The notes below the pieces were generated by a model, which worked only from the letters and a program-made list of their open reading frames with translations, was not told the DNA's origin and did not search any database. The translations under genes and the position numbers were made by a program. Below, in pieces: positions 36,215-46,720 of a stretch of DNA of 64,000 nt. This DNA is from an uncultured Acidobacteriota bacterium (GTDB taxonomy: Bacteria; Acidobacteriota; UBA6911): positions 157,173 to 221,172 of the forward strand of contig CAZDMR010000001.1 of the NCBI GenBank assembly GCA_964506795.1, in the 5' to 3' direction. Every line of letters begins with the position of its first letter. The first letter of the stretch is position 1.

Positions 36215-37552
36215 ATGATGACTGTAAGAAAAGCGACAAAAGCGGCGAGAAGTAAAAGTACAGCTGTATCTGAGAAAGCTTACAATCCGTTCGAAATAGC
36301 TCAACAACAGTTCAACAGAATCGCCGAACTGCTTGGTTTGGATGAACCGACTCGTGATTTCATGCGCAATCCCGTGAGGGAATATCATTTCAACATCCCA
36401 GTCCGGATGGATCACGGCGGGATGCGTATTTTCCGCGGCTTCAGGGTGCAGCACAATGATGCGCGCGGACCTTGCAAGGGGGGCGTTCGTTTTCATCCGC
36501 TCGAGACGATCGACACGATCCGCGCGCTTGCCATGTGGATGACTTGGAAATGCGCCGTCGTCGACATACCTCTCGGCGGTAGCAAGGGCGGGATAATCTG
36601 CGACCCGCACAACCTCAGCGCACACGAAATCGAACAGCTTTGCCGGGGCTGGGTCCGGCAAATCTCCCGGGATGTGGGACCATTCATGGACGTGCCCGCT
36701 CCGGATGTGATGACCAATGCCCAAGACATGCTGTGGATGCTGGACGAATTCGAAAAGATCCACGGGGCCAAGTACCCGGGCTTCATCACGGGAAAACCGG
36801 TCAGCGTCGGAGGTTCTCTTGGCCGCAAAGAAGCGACCGGCTACATGGTGATCCACACTGTTCGCGAAGCTCTCAACGAAATGAATCTGAAACCCGAAAA
36901 CACAACGGCCAGCATTCAAGGCTTCGGCAATGTTGCTCAATACTCCCTTGATCTATACCACAAGATTGGAGGAACAGTGATCAGCATTTCAAGCTGGGAT
37001 CCCGCCGACAATAAGACATTCTGCTGCAGGAAAAAGACCGGGATCATATTTGACGAGATCAACTCAATCACCGATCCATGGGGCACAATTAATAGAAGGA
37101 AAGCCCAGGATCTCGGATACGAAATCCTGCCTGGCGAAGCGTGGCTGGAACAAGACGTTGACATTCTCATTCCTGCCGCCGTGGAAAATCAGATCACCGC
37201 AGAAACCGCGCCAAAAATAAATCCCAGGGTCAAGCTCGTGGCGGAAGGAGCCAACGGCCCGACCACGCCCGAGGGAGATCTGATACTGGATCAACGTGGG
37301 ATCTCTCTCATCCCCGATATTCTCTGCAATGCCGGAGGGGTAACATGCAGCTATTTCGAGCAAGTCCAGGGAAATATGAATTACTACTGGGAAGAGAAAG
37401 AGGTGCTCGACAAGCTGAGTTCAAAAATGTCTTCGGCGTTTTACGCAGTCAGGGAAGTGTCCAAGCGCCGCAAGCTTCCCATGAGAGATTCGGCTTATGT
37501 GCTCGCCGTAGATCGTGTTGCGCGCGCCTGCAAGGACCGGGGGTGGTGCTAA
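36215..37552 (+). CDS. gdhA: Glutamate dehydrogenase (Glu/Leu/Phe/Val family)
   Basis: RGPCKGGVRF, GGSKGG, DVPAPDV, GFGNV, EGANGPTT, NAGGVTCSYFE. Confidence 0.92.
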   Translation: MMTVRKATKAARSKSTAVSEKAYNPFEIAQQQFNRIAELLGLDEPTRDFMRNPVREYHFNIPVRMDHGGMRIFRGFRVQHNDARGPCKGGVRFHPLETIDTIRALAMWMTWKCAVVDIPLGGSKGGIICDPHNLSAHEIEQLCRGWVRQISRDVGPFMDVPAPDVMTNAQDMLWMLDEFEKIHGAKYPGFITGKPVSVGGSLGRKEATGYMVIHTVREALNEMNLKPENTTASIQGFGNVAQYSLDLYHKIGGTVISISSWDPADNKTFCCRKKTGIIFDEINSITDPWGTINRRKAQDLGYEILPGEAWLEQDVDILIPAAVENQITAETAPKINPRVKLVAEGANGPTTPEGDLILDQRGISLIPDILCNAGGVTCSYFEQVQGNMNYYWEEKEVLDKLSSKMSSAFYAVREVSKRRKLPMRDSAYVLAVDRVARACKDRGWC

Positions 37553-37734
37553 AGGAAAGCCGCAGAGAATCCTAGCCGCGGAGCGATTCTTCTGAGAAAG
37601 GGACGATTGGTCTTTGCCGGGAGTTGATCTCTGAAGGCAACTCACCGACCCCCTGGAATTGGGAAATCTTGGTTGCGGCCATAAACCGCGCCCGGTGAAA
37701 CAGAATAGCATCAGCACCTTACTGTTTTGGTCTC

Positions 37735-40700
37735 ATGAAAGAGAAACCGATAGACAGGCTGCTCATCGATCTGAAGGAAAGGGCCCGGGAACTCAACTGT
37801 CTATATGAAGTTGAAGAGATTCTGAGCGATTCCAACATCGCCCTGGAGGAGCTTTTCAGCCGGATTGTAAAAACGATTCCCGCCGGATGGCAATATCCCG
37901 ACGTATGCGAAGCGCGGATCGTTTACGGGAACAAGGAGTTTCAAACCAGGGGGTTCCGGGAGACCGAGTGGATCCAGCATTCGGATATTTTCGTCCAAGA
38001 CCAAACGGTAGGGCAGATCAGCGTCTGCTACACCCAAAAACGCCCGATTGCAGACGAAGGGCCGTTCCTGAAGGAAGAACGAAAGCTGATCAATACCATC
38101 GCGGACCGGTTGAAGCATCGGATTCTCCATTACAATCTTAAGTCCGTGTTCGAAAGGCAGAAACTCCATGGTGAATCCTCTGAAGAGTCCGCCGTTATTC
38201 TGGAACTGCTGAACCGAACCGATCCGCTTCTGCTCACGCGGATTTCGAGAAAGATGCTGAACCACCTCACATGGGCCGGATTTGAGGAAGCCCATCGGAT
38301 TCTGGAGCGCATCAGTCCGCCCCCAAGCCCGAATGGCAAGGATGAAGAGCAGGACGAAAACCAACCTTCGCGAATTTCGACAACTCAAGATCTTCTCTCC
38401 GCCACCAATGAGATCTTTAAGATGGCAAGGGAGCATCTGCCGGAGCCGGAAATATTATCCTTCATCCAAAAATGGATTCAGGAAGACCGTTCGGGATTTT
38501 TGATAAAAACCCTCGAAAATCCCAATTCCTCGCTGGTCGACATTGCCGCGGCAATAAAACGGTTTCGCCATCTTACCCCTCAGGGGATCGAGCTTTCACC
38601 GTCGCGGGCGCGAGCCTTTCAAGTTTCGTTGGTCCAGCGCCTCCTAAGCGACGATCCCCAGTTTCTTCAAGTCGCCACGAAATCGATCAACCTGAGCGAT
38701 TTCAGCGATTTGCTCGAGCATACGATTTACCCGGCGGAAAGCCATGGAAAACTCGGCGGAAAGGGTGCGGGCCTGTTTATCGCCATGCAAATCCTCAAAA
38801 GATACTCCGGCCAGCATAAGATCCTCCAAGGCATTCGAATCCCAAAAACATGGCATATCACATCGGACGGCCTCCTCAGCTTCATCAACTACAACGATCT
38901 GGAAGAGATCATTGAACACAAATACAAAGATATCGGCCAAGTCCGTCAGGAATACCCGTCGATTGTCCAGGTTTTCAAGAGCGCTTCCTTTCCGCCGGAG
39001 ATTCTCAGCGGGCTTTCCGTTGCGCTTGACGATTTCGCGGAAATACCCCTCATCGTGCGCAGTTCAAGCCTTCTCGAGGACAGCCGCGGAACCTCTTTTG
39101 CCGGAAAATACAAAAGCCTTTTTATCGCCAACCAGGGAAGCAAACGCCAACGGCTGGCCGCCCTCACAGACGCGATTTCCGAGGTCTATGCCTCTACTTT
39201 CGGCCCAGACCCGATCGGCTACAGGAAGGAGCGCCAACTGATCGATTTCCATGAAGGAATGGCGATCCTGATAGAGGAAGTGGTCGGAACCAGAGTAGGA
39301 AGATATTATATGCCTGCATTTGCAGGGGTAGGTTTCAGCCGTAACGAATTCCAGTGGTCTCGGCGCATACGGCGGGAAGACGGCCTTCTCCGCTTGGTCC
39401 CGGGTTTGGGGACGCGCGCCGTCGACAGGCTGTCAAATGACTACCCGGTTCTCGTCTCCCCGGGCCAGCCTTCTCTCCGCGTGAACGTCATGGTCGAAGA
39501 AAAGGTGCGCTACTCTCCCAAACGGATCGATGCGATCAACCTGGAAACCGGCTCATTCGAAACAATTGAGATCGAGGACCTTCTTAAGGAATACGGCAAC
39601 GACTACCCAATGATCAGTCAAGTGGTCTCTATCCTGGAGCATGACAGGCTGGTACAGCCGTGGGCTTCCGGGATCGACAAAGATAAAGACGTTGCGGTAA
39701 TCACATTCGAAGGCCTTCTTGGACAAACGCCTTTCATTGAGCAGGTTTCGACCATACTCAGAGTGCTTCAATCTGAACGCGGCATGCCGATTGACATCGA
39801 ATTTGCCCATGATGGGAAGGATTTCTATCTGCTTCAATGCCGGCCCCAGAGCTACGGCGCCCTTTATAAACCCGCGCCCATGCCGAGAGATGTCCCCGAT
39901 GAACAGATTCTGTTTTCCGCCAACCGATACGTAACCAACGGAACCGTCGCGGGCATCACGCACATAGTTTACGTCGATCCACAGAATTACTCGGACTTGC
40001 CGCAAAGGGCGGATCTGCTAGCGGTGGGACGCGCAGTCGCCAAGCTCAACCAGCTTTTGCCGAAGCGCCGCTTCATACTCATGGGACCGGGACGCTGGGG
40101 GAGTCGCGGCGATATCAGGTTGGGAGTCAGCGTGTCTTATTCCGATATCAACAACACGGCAATGTTGGTTGAGATCGCGCAGAAACACAAAGACTATACG
40201 CCGGAACTCTCCTTCGGCACGCACTTCTTTCAAGACCTCGTCGAATCATCCATCCGCTATCTTCCTCTTTATCCCAATGAGCGCGGGACCCTTTTTAACG
40301 AGTCCTTCTTCACAGATTCCCGCAATTGGCTGCCCGATCTGCTGCCCCAGTTTGCCTATCTCGCGGATACGATTCGAGTCATCGACGTGCCGAATACCGC
40401 GCCCGGAATGGTTTTCAACGTGTTTATGAACGGCGAGTCCGACGAAGCCATGGGCGTCCTGTCTCCGCGATCGGCGGAACCCGCGGAAGTGCTTCCCAGG
40501 AGCGAAAGAATCGGCGAGCCCGACTCTGCATCCGAAGATCATTGGCGCTGGCGCCTTGACAGTGTGGAGGAGATAGCGGAGCAGATGGATCCGGAAAAGT
40601 TCGGAGTCAAGGCGATGTACCTATTCGGGAGCACCAAGAATGCAACCGCGGGCCCGGAGAGCGACATCGACCTGTTAATTCATTTCGACGGCACCAAGAG

Positions 40701-40917
40701 CCAGAAAAAAGAACTGCTGACCTGGCTGGAAGGTTGGAGCCTTTGCTTGAGCCACAGAAACTATTTAAAAACCGGCCATAAAACGGCGGGACTAATCAAC
40801 ATCCACCTCGTAACCGATCAAGATATCCGCAACCGCACCAGCTACGCAGTTAAAATAGGCGCGGTTTCAGATCCTGCCCGCCCCATTCCGCTCGCCAAGA
40901 AGAAAAGCGATTCATAA
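37735..40917 (+). CDS. GAF-like / PEP-pyruvate-binding (PPDK_N ATP-grasp) / His-motif / pol-beta nucleotidyltransferase fusion, function unknown
   Basis: ELNCLY..PFLKEER N-terminal sensor-type domain; GKLGGKG, VRSSSLLED, SFAGKY, DIEFA..LLQCRP; SFGTHFFQD; FGS-x10-DID. Confidence 0.85.
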   Translation: MKEKPIDRLLIDLKERARELNCLYEVEEILSDSNIALEELFSRIVKTIPAGWQYPDVCEARIVYGNKEFQTRGFRETEWIQHSDIFVQDQTVGQISVCYTQKRPIADEGPFLKEERKLINTIADRLKHRILHYNLKSVFERQKLHGESSEESAVILELLNRTDPLLLTRISRKMLNHLTWAGFEEAHRILERISPPPSPNGKDEEQDENQPSRISTTQDLLSATNEIFKMAREHLPEPEILSFIQKWIQEDRSGFLIKTLENPNSSLVDIAAAIKRFRHLTPQGIELSPSRARAFQVSLVQRLLSDDPQFLQVATKSINLSDFSDLLEHTIYPAESHGKLGGKGAGLFIAMQILKRYSGQHKILQGIRIPKTWHITSDGLLSFINYNDLEEIIEHKYKDIGQVRQEYPSIVQVFKSASFPPEILSGLSVALDDFAEIPLIVRSSSLLEDSRGTSFAGKYKSLFIANQGSKRQRLAALTDAISEVYASTFGPDPIGYRKERQLIDFHEGMAILIEEVVGTRVGRYYMPAFAGVGFSRNEFQWSRRIRREDGLLRLVPGLGTRAVDRLSNDYPVLVSPGQPSLRVNVMVEEKVRYSPKRIDAINLETGSFETIEIEDLLKEYGNDYPMISQVVSILEHDRLVQPWASGIDKDKDVAVITFEGLLGQTPFIEQVSTILRVLQSERGMPIDIEFAHDGKDFYLLQCRPQSYGALYKPAPMPRDVPDEQILFSANRYVTNGTVAGITHIVYVDPQNYSDLPQRADLLAVGRAVAKLNQLLPKRRFILMGPGRWGSRGDIRLGVSVSYSDINNTAMLVEIAQKHKDYTPELSFGTHFFQDLVESSIRYLPLYPNERGTLFNESFFTDSRNWLPDLLPQFAYLADTIRVIDVPNTAPGMVFNVFMNGESDEAMGVLSPRSAEPAEVLPRSERIGEPDSASEDHWRWRLDSVEEIAEQMDPEKFGVKAMYLFGSTKNATAGPESDIDLLIHFDGTKSQKKELLTWLEGWSLCLSHRNYLKTGHKTAGLINIHLVTDQDIRNRTSYAVKIGAVSDPARPIPLAKKKSDS

Positions 40918-41148
40918 AGACTTCCGGCGCGTGGTAATTTTCTACGTTCGATCGCCCACCGAGCATGGGTTCAAAAAGATTGAAAAGGCGCTCGCCCACT
41001 GTGGACGGCAACCCATGGAATCAACCCTGGAAAATACACTTATTGCCGCAAGATGATCGGGCGCGGTTGAAAACACGCCGCCGATCTACAGGGAATTCGA
41101 AAGCTTGGCCGCCGGCACCGGCCGCGTTACGATAAATACGAGGACTAT

Positions 41149-42009
41149 ATGGCCGTTTGCTTTTTTGTTACGGATCTTCACGGGAGTCATCCGCGCTGTC
41201 AAAAGCTATTTGACGCGATTGAAAGAGAAATCCCGGACGCAGTGTTTCTGGGAGGAGATCTTTTTCCCTCCGGCCTGGGCGCGGCCCTGGCGCTTAAGAA
41301 CTACGAAGATTTTCTGGACGAAGTTTTTGCCGCGGGATTTTCCAAAATTAAAAGGAAAATGGGGCCGGCCTATCCCTCTGTCTTCCTGATTCTCGGCAAC
41401 GACGATGTGAAAATTGAAGAAGCGCGGCTGAAAGAGTTCGAGGCACAATCTATCTGGACTTACGTACACAACAGACGCGTTTCATGGAAGGATTATTCGA
41501 TTTACGGCTACGCCTGTGTGCCTCCAACTCCGTTCATGCTGAAAGATTGGGAACGGTACGACGTCTCGGCGTATTTAGATCCGCTCTCCGTCGCTCCGGA
41601 AGACGGCTGGTTTTCCGTGTCCGTTTCAAAACGGAGCCTCCGGCGCGAGACCATTCACTACGATCTTTATAAGCTCGCAGCCGATGACGACTTGTCGCGC
41701 GCGATTTTTTTGTTTCATACGCCCCCGTACAATACCGGCCTGGATAGGGCCGCGCTGGATGGAAAGAAGGTGGACCACGTAAACCTGGACGTTCATGTCG
41801 GGAGCATCGCGGTTAGACGGTTCATCGAGTCCAGACAGCCGCTGGTGACACTACACGGCCATGTTCATGAGTCCGCGCGACTTACGGGGGTGTGGAAGGA
41901 GCGAATCGGCAAGACCGTGGCTATTTCCGCAGCCCACGACGGCCCCAACCTAGCCCTCGTCAGGTTCGACCCCAACGAACCCCAAAGCGCAACAAGGGAG
42001 CTGCTTTAA
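41149..42009 (+). CDS. Calcineurin-like metallophosphoesterase
   Basis: TDLHG, GGD, GNDD, FHTPP, HGHVHE. Confidence 0.9.
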   Translation: MAVCFFVTDLHGSHPRCQKLFDAIEREIPDAVFLGGDLFPSGLGAALALKNYEDFLDEVFAAGFSKIKRKMGPAYPSVFLILGNDDVKIEEARLKEFEAQSIWTYVHNRRVSWKDYSIYGYACVPPTPFMLKDWERYDVSAYLDPLSVAPEDGWFSVSVSKRSLRRETIHYDLYKLAADDDLSRAIFLFHTPPYNTGLDRAALDGKKVDHVNLDVHVGSIAVRRFIESRQPLVTLHGHVHESARLTGVWKERIGKTVAISAAHDGPNLALVRFDPNEPQSATRELL

Positions 42010-42065
42010 CCCAGATTACTCATAAAGCTGCATCGAAAATAATGAAACCAAAGGCATAATCCGAA

Positions 42066-44168
42066 TTAAGATTTTGCTTCTCTCCCCTTTGCTCGATCCA
42101 GCACACTCAGGGCGCGCTCAACAACATTTTCGATTGTGTAGCCGAACTTTTCGAACACTATCTCAGAGGGCGCCGATGCTCCGAAGCGGTCCAGGCCCAT
42201 GACGTCTCCCTCATCGCCGACATACTTGTGCCATCCCTGGCAAACGCCCGCCTCGACCGCCAAGCGGGCGCGGATGGAGGGAGGCAGAACCGAATCCCTG
42301 TACTGCCGGGGCTGGGCGTCAAACAGCTCCCAGCTCGGCATTGAAACCGCGCGTGACGAAATGCCTTTTTCCAACAGCCTCCGCTGGGCCGCGACGATCA
42401 GAGCAACTTCCGATCCGCTGGCGATCAAAATCAATTGAAGATCCCCGCCCGGAGTATCCGCCAGAACGTAGGCTCCCTGCGTCAGTCCGGCGGCCGACGC
42501 ATAGCGCGCCCGGTCGAGTGTGGGGACGCTCTGCCGGCTCAAGATAAGCGCCACGGGAACTCGGCGGTTTTCCACGGCAAAGCGCCAGGCCGTCACAGTT
42601 TCGTTGGCATCGGCCGGGCGGATTGCGATAAGGCCCGGGATGGCGCGAAGGGCAGCCAGATGTTCGACCGGCTGATGTGTGGGTCCGTCTTCGCCGACTC
42701 CGATGCTGTCATGTGTAAAGACATAGATTACTCCCAGCTCCATCAATGCCGCTAAACGGATAGGCGCGCGCATATAGTCGGAAAAAACAAAAAATGTAGC
42801 ACAATAGGGAATGAGTCCGCCGTGGGCGGCCATTCCGTTGGCTATGGCTCCCATTGCGTGCTCCCGGACGCCGAAATGCAGATTCCGCCCATGGTATCCC
42901 CATCCGCCCCCCACCATTCCCTGCACATCGGCGGGCTTGGAATCAGGGTTTTGAAAATCGCCCGCATTCTTGAGAGCGCTCTTTGTCGAAGGATTCAAGT
43001 CGGCCGAACCTCCAATCAACGCAGCAAGCTTGGGACTGATTGCTTCCATCGCTTTGGCCGAAGCAGCCCGCGTTGCCATTCCTTTTTCATCGGCCGCAAA
43101 TGAGGGCAAATCAGCAGCCCAGCCGTCCGGAAGCTCGCCCCGCATCAATTGCAGAAATTCCCGCGCCGCATCCGGAAATTCGGCGGAGTAGGCCGCAACC
43201 TGCTCATTCCATTCCGCTTCCCATTTCCTGCCCGCCCGTATCGCTTGGCGGAAATGGTTTAGCGCCTCATCGGGGACGTAAAAAGGGGGATCCGCCGGCC
43301 AGCCCAGGTTCTTCTTGGTTAACAGCACCTCTTCGACCCCGAGCGGCGCGCCGTGTGCCTCATGGGAATCCTGCTTGTTTGGGGAGCCGAAACCGATGTG
43401 AGTCCGGACCATGATAATCGATGGGTGTCCACTTTCGTCTTTTGCAGCCTGTATTGCTGCGGCAAGAGAGTCCACGTCGTTCCCATCCTGAACGGCGATC
43501 GCATGCCATCCAAGGGCCTCAAAGCGCCCCATGCGGTCCTCGCTGAAGGAAAGGTCCGTTGCCCCGGCAAGGGAGATCCGATTATCGTCATAGAGACATA
43601 TTAACTTGCCGAGCTTCAGGTGCCCCGCCATCGAGGCAGCCTCATAAGCCACCCCTTCCATCAGATCACCGTCCCCTGCCAGAATATAGGTATGATGATT
43701 CACCATCACACGACCCGGACGGTTGTAGCGCGCGGCCTGATAGGATTCCGCAATCGCCATCCCCACCGCGTTCGCGAATCCCTGGCCGAGCGGGCCGGTC
43801 GTTACTTCAACCCCGGGAACCAGGCGGCATTCCGGATGCCCGGGCGTCCGGCTTCCCCATTGACGGAACCGCCGTATTTCATCCAGGGAAAGGTCGTAGC
43901 CGGTCAGATACAACAGGCTGTACAAAAGCATGGATCCATGCCCTGCCGAAAGCACAAACCGGTCGCGATCCCACCACTCAGGGTTGGCGGGATTGTGCTT
44001 CAAAAACCGCGTCCAAAGAACATAGGCCATGGGAGCGGCTCCCAAAGGCAGTCCGGGATGGCCGCTCCTGGCCTGCTGAATCGCATCCACGGAAAGAAAC
44101 CGCAGGGCGTTGATGCAAATCCGGTCTAGAGGCGAAGTGGAGGACAATCCCGAAGAATCCTTGTTCAT
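42066..44168 (-). CDS. tkt: Transketolase
   Basis: [43 protein letters not shown]; start 44168 or 44180. Confidence 0.96.
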   Translation of the reverse strand: MNKDSSGLSSTSPLDRICINALRFLSVDAIQQARSGHPGLPLGAAPMAYVLWTRFLKHNPANPEWWDRDRFVLSAGHGSMLLYSLLYLTGYDLSLDEIRRFRQWGSRTPGHPECRLVPGVEVTTGPLGQGFANAVGMAIAESYQAARYNRPGRVMVNHHTYILAGDGDLMEGVAYEAASMAGHLKLGKLICLYDDNRISLAGATDLSFSEDRMGRFEALGWHAIAVQDGNDVDSLAAAIQAAKDESGHPSIIMVRTHIGFGSPNKQDSHEAHGAPLGVEEVLLTKKNLGWPADPPFYVPDEALNHFRQAIRAGRKWEAEWNEQVAAYSAEFPDAAREFLQLMRGELPDGWAADLPSFAADEKGMATRAASAKAMEAISPKLAALIGGSADLNPSTKSALKNAGDFQNPDSKPADVQGMVGGGWGYHGRNLHFGVREHAMGAIANGMAAHGGLIPYCATFFVFSDYMRAPIRLAALMELGVIYVFTHDSIGVGEDGPTHQPVEHLAALRAIPGLIAIRPADANETVTAWRFAVENRRVPVALILSRQSVPTLDRARYASAAGLTQGAYVLADTPGGDLQLILIASGSEVALIVAAQRRLLEKGISSRAVSMPSWELFDAQPRQYRDSVLPPSIRARLAVEAGVCQGWHKYVGDEGDVMGLDRFGASAPSEIVFEKFGYTIENVVERALSVLDRAKGREAKS

Positions 44169-44401
44169 AAAAAGCTCCATGGGAAACGATGAAATTATTG
44201 CCGCAAGGCAGCCTTCGGATTCGCAGATTCGAAGGGGTATGCAATTGAAAGGCAAATTTAGATTGCCCCGGCCCGGATGTCAAACTCATATCGCGGATCC
44301 GGAGCGCGGACGTTTTACAAATCTCCGCGCCGCCGAGGATACCGATGCTTTTTCCGGCTGTCCGAAGTTATAATTAGTGTTTATCACAAGGAGAATCAGC
44401 T

Positions 44402-44854
44402 ATGCGCGTTGTACTGGGTTCCGATCATGCCGGATATGAAATGAAACAAAGCATTCTTGCCTACGTCAAAACCTTAGGGCACGAAATATTGGATGTGGGC
44501 GCCCACAGCAGCGAATCCCCGGTCGATTACCCGGATTACGCCGAAGCCGTGGGAATGGCTGTCGTCAATAAAGAAGCCGACAGAGGAATCCTGATTTGCG
44601 GCAGCGGCGTCGGGTCGGTCGTAGCGGCGAACAAGATCCCGGGCATCCGGGCGTCAGTCTGTCATGACTGTTATTCCGCCCATCAGGGCGTCGAGCACGA
44701 CAATATGAATGTGCTGGTGCTTGGTTCCCGGGTCATCGCTCCTTGGCTGGCGCAAGACCTGGTTCGGCTGTTTTTGGAAGCGACATTTTCCGGCGAGGAG
44801 CGCCACCTCAAGCGTTTGGCCAAGATGCAAAAACTCGAAGCCAAGTTCCGCTGA
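44402..44854 (+). CDS. rpiB: Ribose 5-phosphate isomerase B
   Basis: GSDHAG, DYPD, CGSGVG, ANKIPGIRA, HDNMNVL. Confidence 0.96.
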   Translation: MRVVLGSDHAGYEMKQSILAYVKTLGHEILDVGAHSSESPVDYPDYAEAVGMAVVNKEADRGILICGSGVGSVVAANKIPGIRASVCHDCYSAHQGVEHDNMNVLVLGSRVIAPWLAQDLVRLFLEATFSGEERHLKRLAKMQKLEAKFR

Positions 44855-44928
44855 TCTTTCAAAGCTTCACAAAAGATTAAAGACGCTTGTCTTTTCTGAA
44901 AGCAGACCTTCAATAAGGAGGGCGGGAA

Positions 44929-46569
44929 ATGGCCGCCGATGCCGTCAAAAAATCCGGAGCATTAAAAGCGACCGCTATTGTGGCTGTACTCCTTATAGCC
45001 GCAATCATCGCAATCCCTTTTATTCTGGACATCAATCAGTTCCGCCCCGAAATCCAATCCCGGCTTAGCGCCCAGCTGGGCCGCGATGTCCGCATCGGGG
45101 ATCTGGACCTTTCCATCCTGTCGGGCGGTATTCAGGCGGATACGATCACAATCGCAGATCATCCCGCTTTCAGTTCTTCACCTTTTCTTTCTTCGAAATC
45201 TCTCAAAGCGGGCGTTGAACTGCTCCCATTGGTTTTTTCCAGGAAGGTGCGCATCACGAGCCTATCTCTGGACCGTCCCCAAATCCGGCTTATTCAGTCC
45301 TCCTCCGGGATGTGGAATTTTTCCGACTTGGGAAAAACAGCCGGCGCAGAGGATGAAACATCCCGCGGCGAATCGTCTCAGGCGGATATTTCCGTTAAAG
45401 AGCTGAAAATCACGGGCGGTCGAATAATCATTACCGGGGGTCGCGGAAATCCCGTCGTCTATGATGATGTCAATATCCTGGCCCGCGATCTTTCCTATGA
45501 TTCGTCCTTTCCTTTTTCATTAAGCGCATCGCTGCCCGGGGGAGGCGCTTTGAAGCTGGAGGGCAAAGCAGGGCCTTTGAATCCCATCGACGCGATACGG
45601 ACTCCCATGACGGCCGGCTTTGAAGTCCGCCGCTTTGACTTTGCCGCCTCCGGATTTGCCGGACCGGACTCCGGAGTGTCCGGAATTCTCGATTTCGACG
45701 GAACCGCGGCATCGGATGGGAAGCGCGCCGAAAGCAGAGGAAGCGCTGTTATCGAGAAGTTCCAGCTGGTCTCGGGCGGGAGCCCCGCCCGTTCGCCGGT
45801 CTCTTTGCAGTATACTCTTCAATACGATCTTGCGAATCGAAACGGAATTCTCAGCGAAGGGAAACTTGAATGCGGCAAGGCCGTTGCGCATCTGAATGGA
45901 ACTTACGCTGCAAGAGGGGATAAGCTTGCACTGAAAATGAAGGTGCAGGGATCCGATATGCCGGTGCAGGATCTGACGCCCCTGCTTCCGGCTTTCCGCG
46001 TCTTTCTTCCCAGAGGCGCCTCCCTCCAGGGAGGATCCCTCAACGCAGCCCTCTCGGCCGAGGGGCCCGCGGATAAGATCGTTGTTGCCGGGACGGTGGA
46101 AATTACCGGGACACGATTGGAGCAATTTGACCTTGGAGGGAAAATGGCCGTTCTCTCGTCCCTGGCCGGCATCCAATCAAGCAACACAACCGAGATTGAA
46201 AAATTCTTTTCGCGAATGACTCTCACGCCCGAAGGTACAGAGGTACAGGATCTTCTGTTGATCGCGCCGGCGTTGGGCGAATTATCCGGCGCAGGAAGAA
46301 TCGACGCAGATCAGTCCCTCGATTTTTCAATGCGCGCCGCTCTGAAACCGTCCGGCGCTCTCGGCGCCGGACTCTCGCGCCTGCTCCGGGGAGGCGCTAT
46401 GACAGTGCCTTTTCTCGTCCGCGGCACCGTTTCGGATCCAAAATTCTTGCCGGACGTGAGAGGCGCCGGCAGGAGCCTGCCCGGATCTGAATCAGAGGCG
46501 GTTCAGGAACCGTCAGACAGCGGCGCTACGATGGACAATATACTTCGAGGCATTTTGAGGAAAAAGTAG
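44929..46569 (+). CDS. AsmA-family protein
   Basis: N-terminal TM anchor, NQFRPEIQSRLSAQLGRDV, beta-rich body, C-terminal GTVSDPKF. Confidence 0.8.
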   Translation: MAADAVKKSGALKATAIVAVLLIAAIIAIPFILDINQFRPEIQSRLSAQLGRDVRIGDLDLSILSGGIQADTITIADHPAFSSSPFLSSKSLKAGVELLPLVFSRKVRITSLSLDRPQIRLIQSSSGMWNFSDLGKTAGAEDETSRGESSQADISVKELKITGGRIIITGGRGNPVVYDDVNILARDLSYDSSFPFSLSASLPGGGALKLEGKAGPLNPIDAIRTPMTAGFEVRRFDFAASGFAGPDSGVSGILDFDGTAASDGKRAESRGSAVIEKFQLVSGGSPARSPVSLQYTLQYDLANRNGILSEGKLECGKAVAHLNGTYAARGDKLALKMKVQGSDMPVQDLTPLLPAFRVFLPRGASLQGGSLNAALSAEGPADKIVVAGTVEITGTRLEQFDLGGKMAVLSSLAGIQSSNTTEIEKFFSRMTLTPEGTEVQDLLLIAPALGELSGAGRIDADQSLDFSMRAALKPSGALGAGLSRLLRGGAMTVPFLVRGTVSDPKFLPDVRGAGRSLPGSESEAVQEPSDSGATMDNILRGILRKK

Positions 46570-46720
46570 TCTCCGCTTTCGGCATCTTCACGTCGGATTT
46601 GCATCTCGGCTGTTTTTTGCTTCATCAAAGCATCGAGCGTTTCATCGGGATTGCAGGCGGACAGGGAGGTCTCCGCTTTATCTTGGGAATAGTCTATAAT
46701 CTTTGGATATTGAGGTGAAT

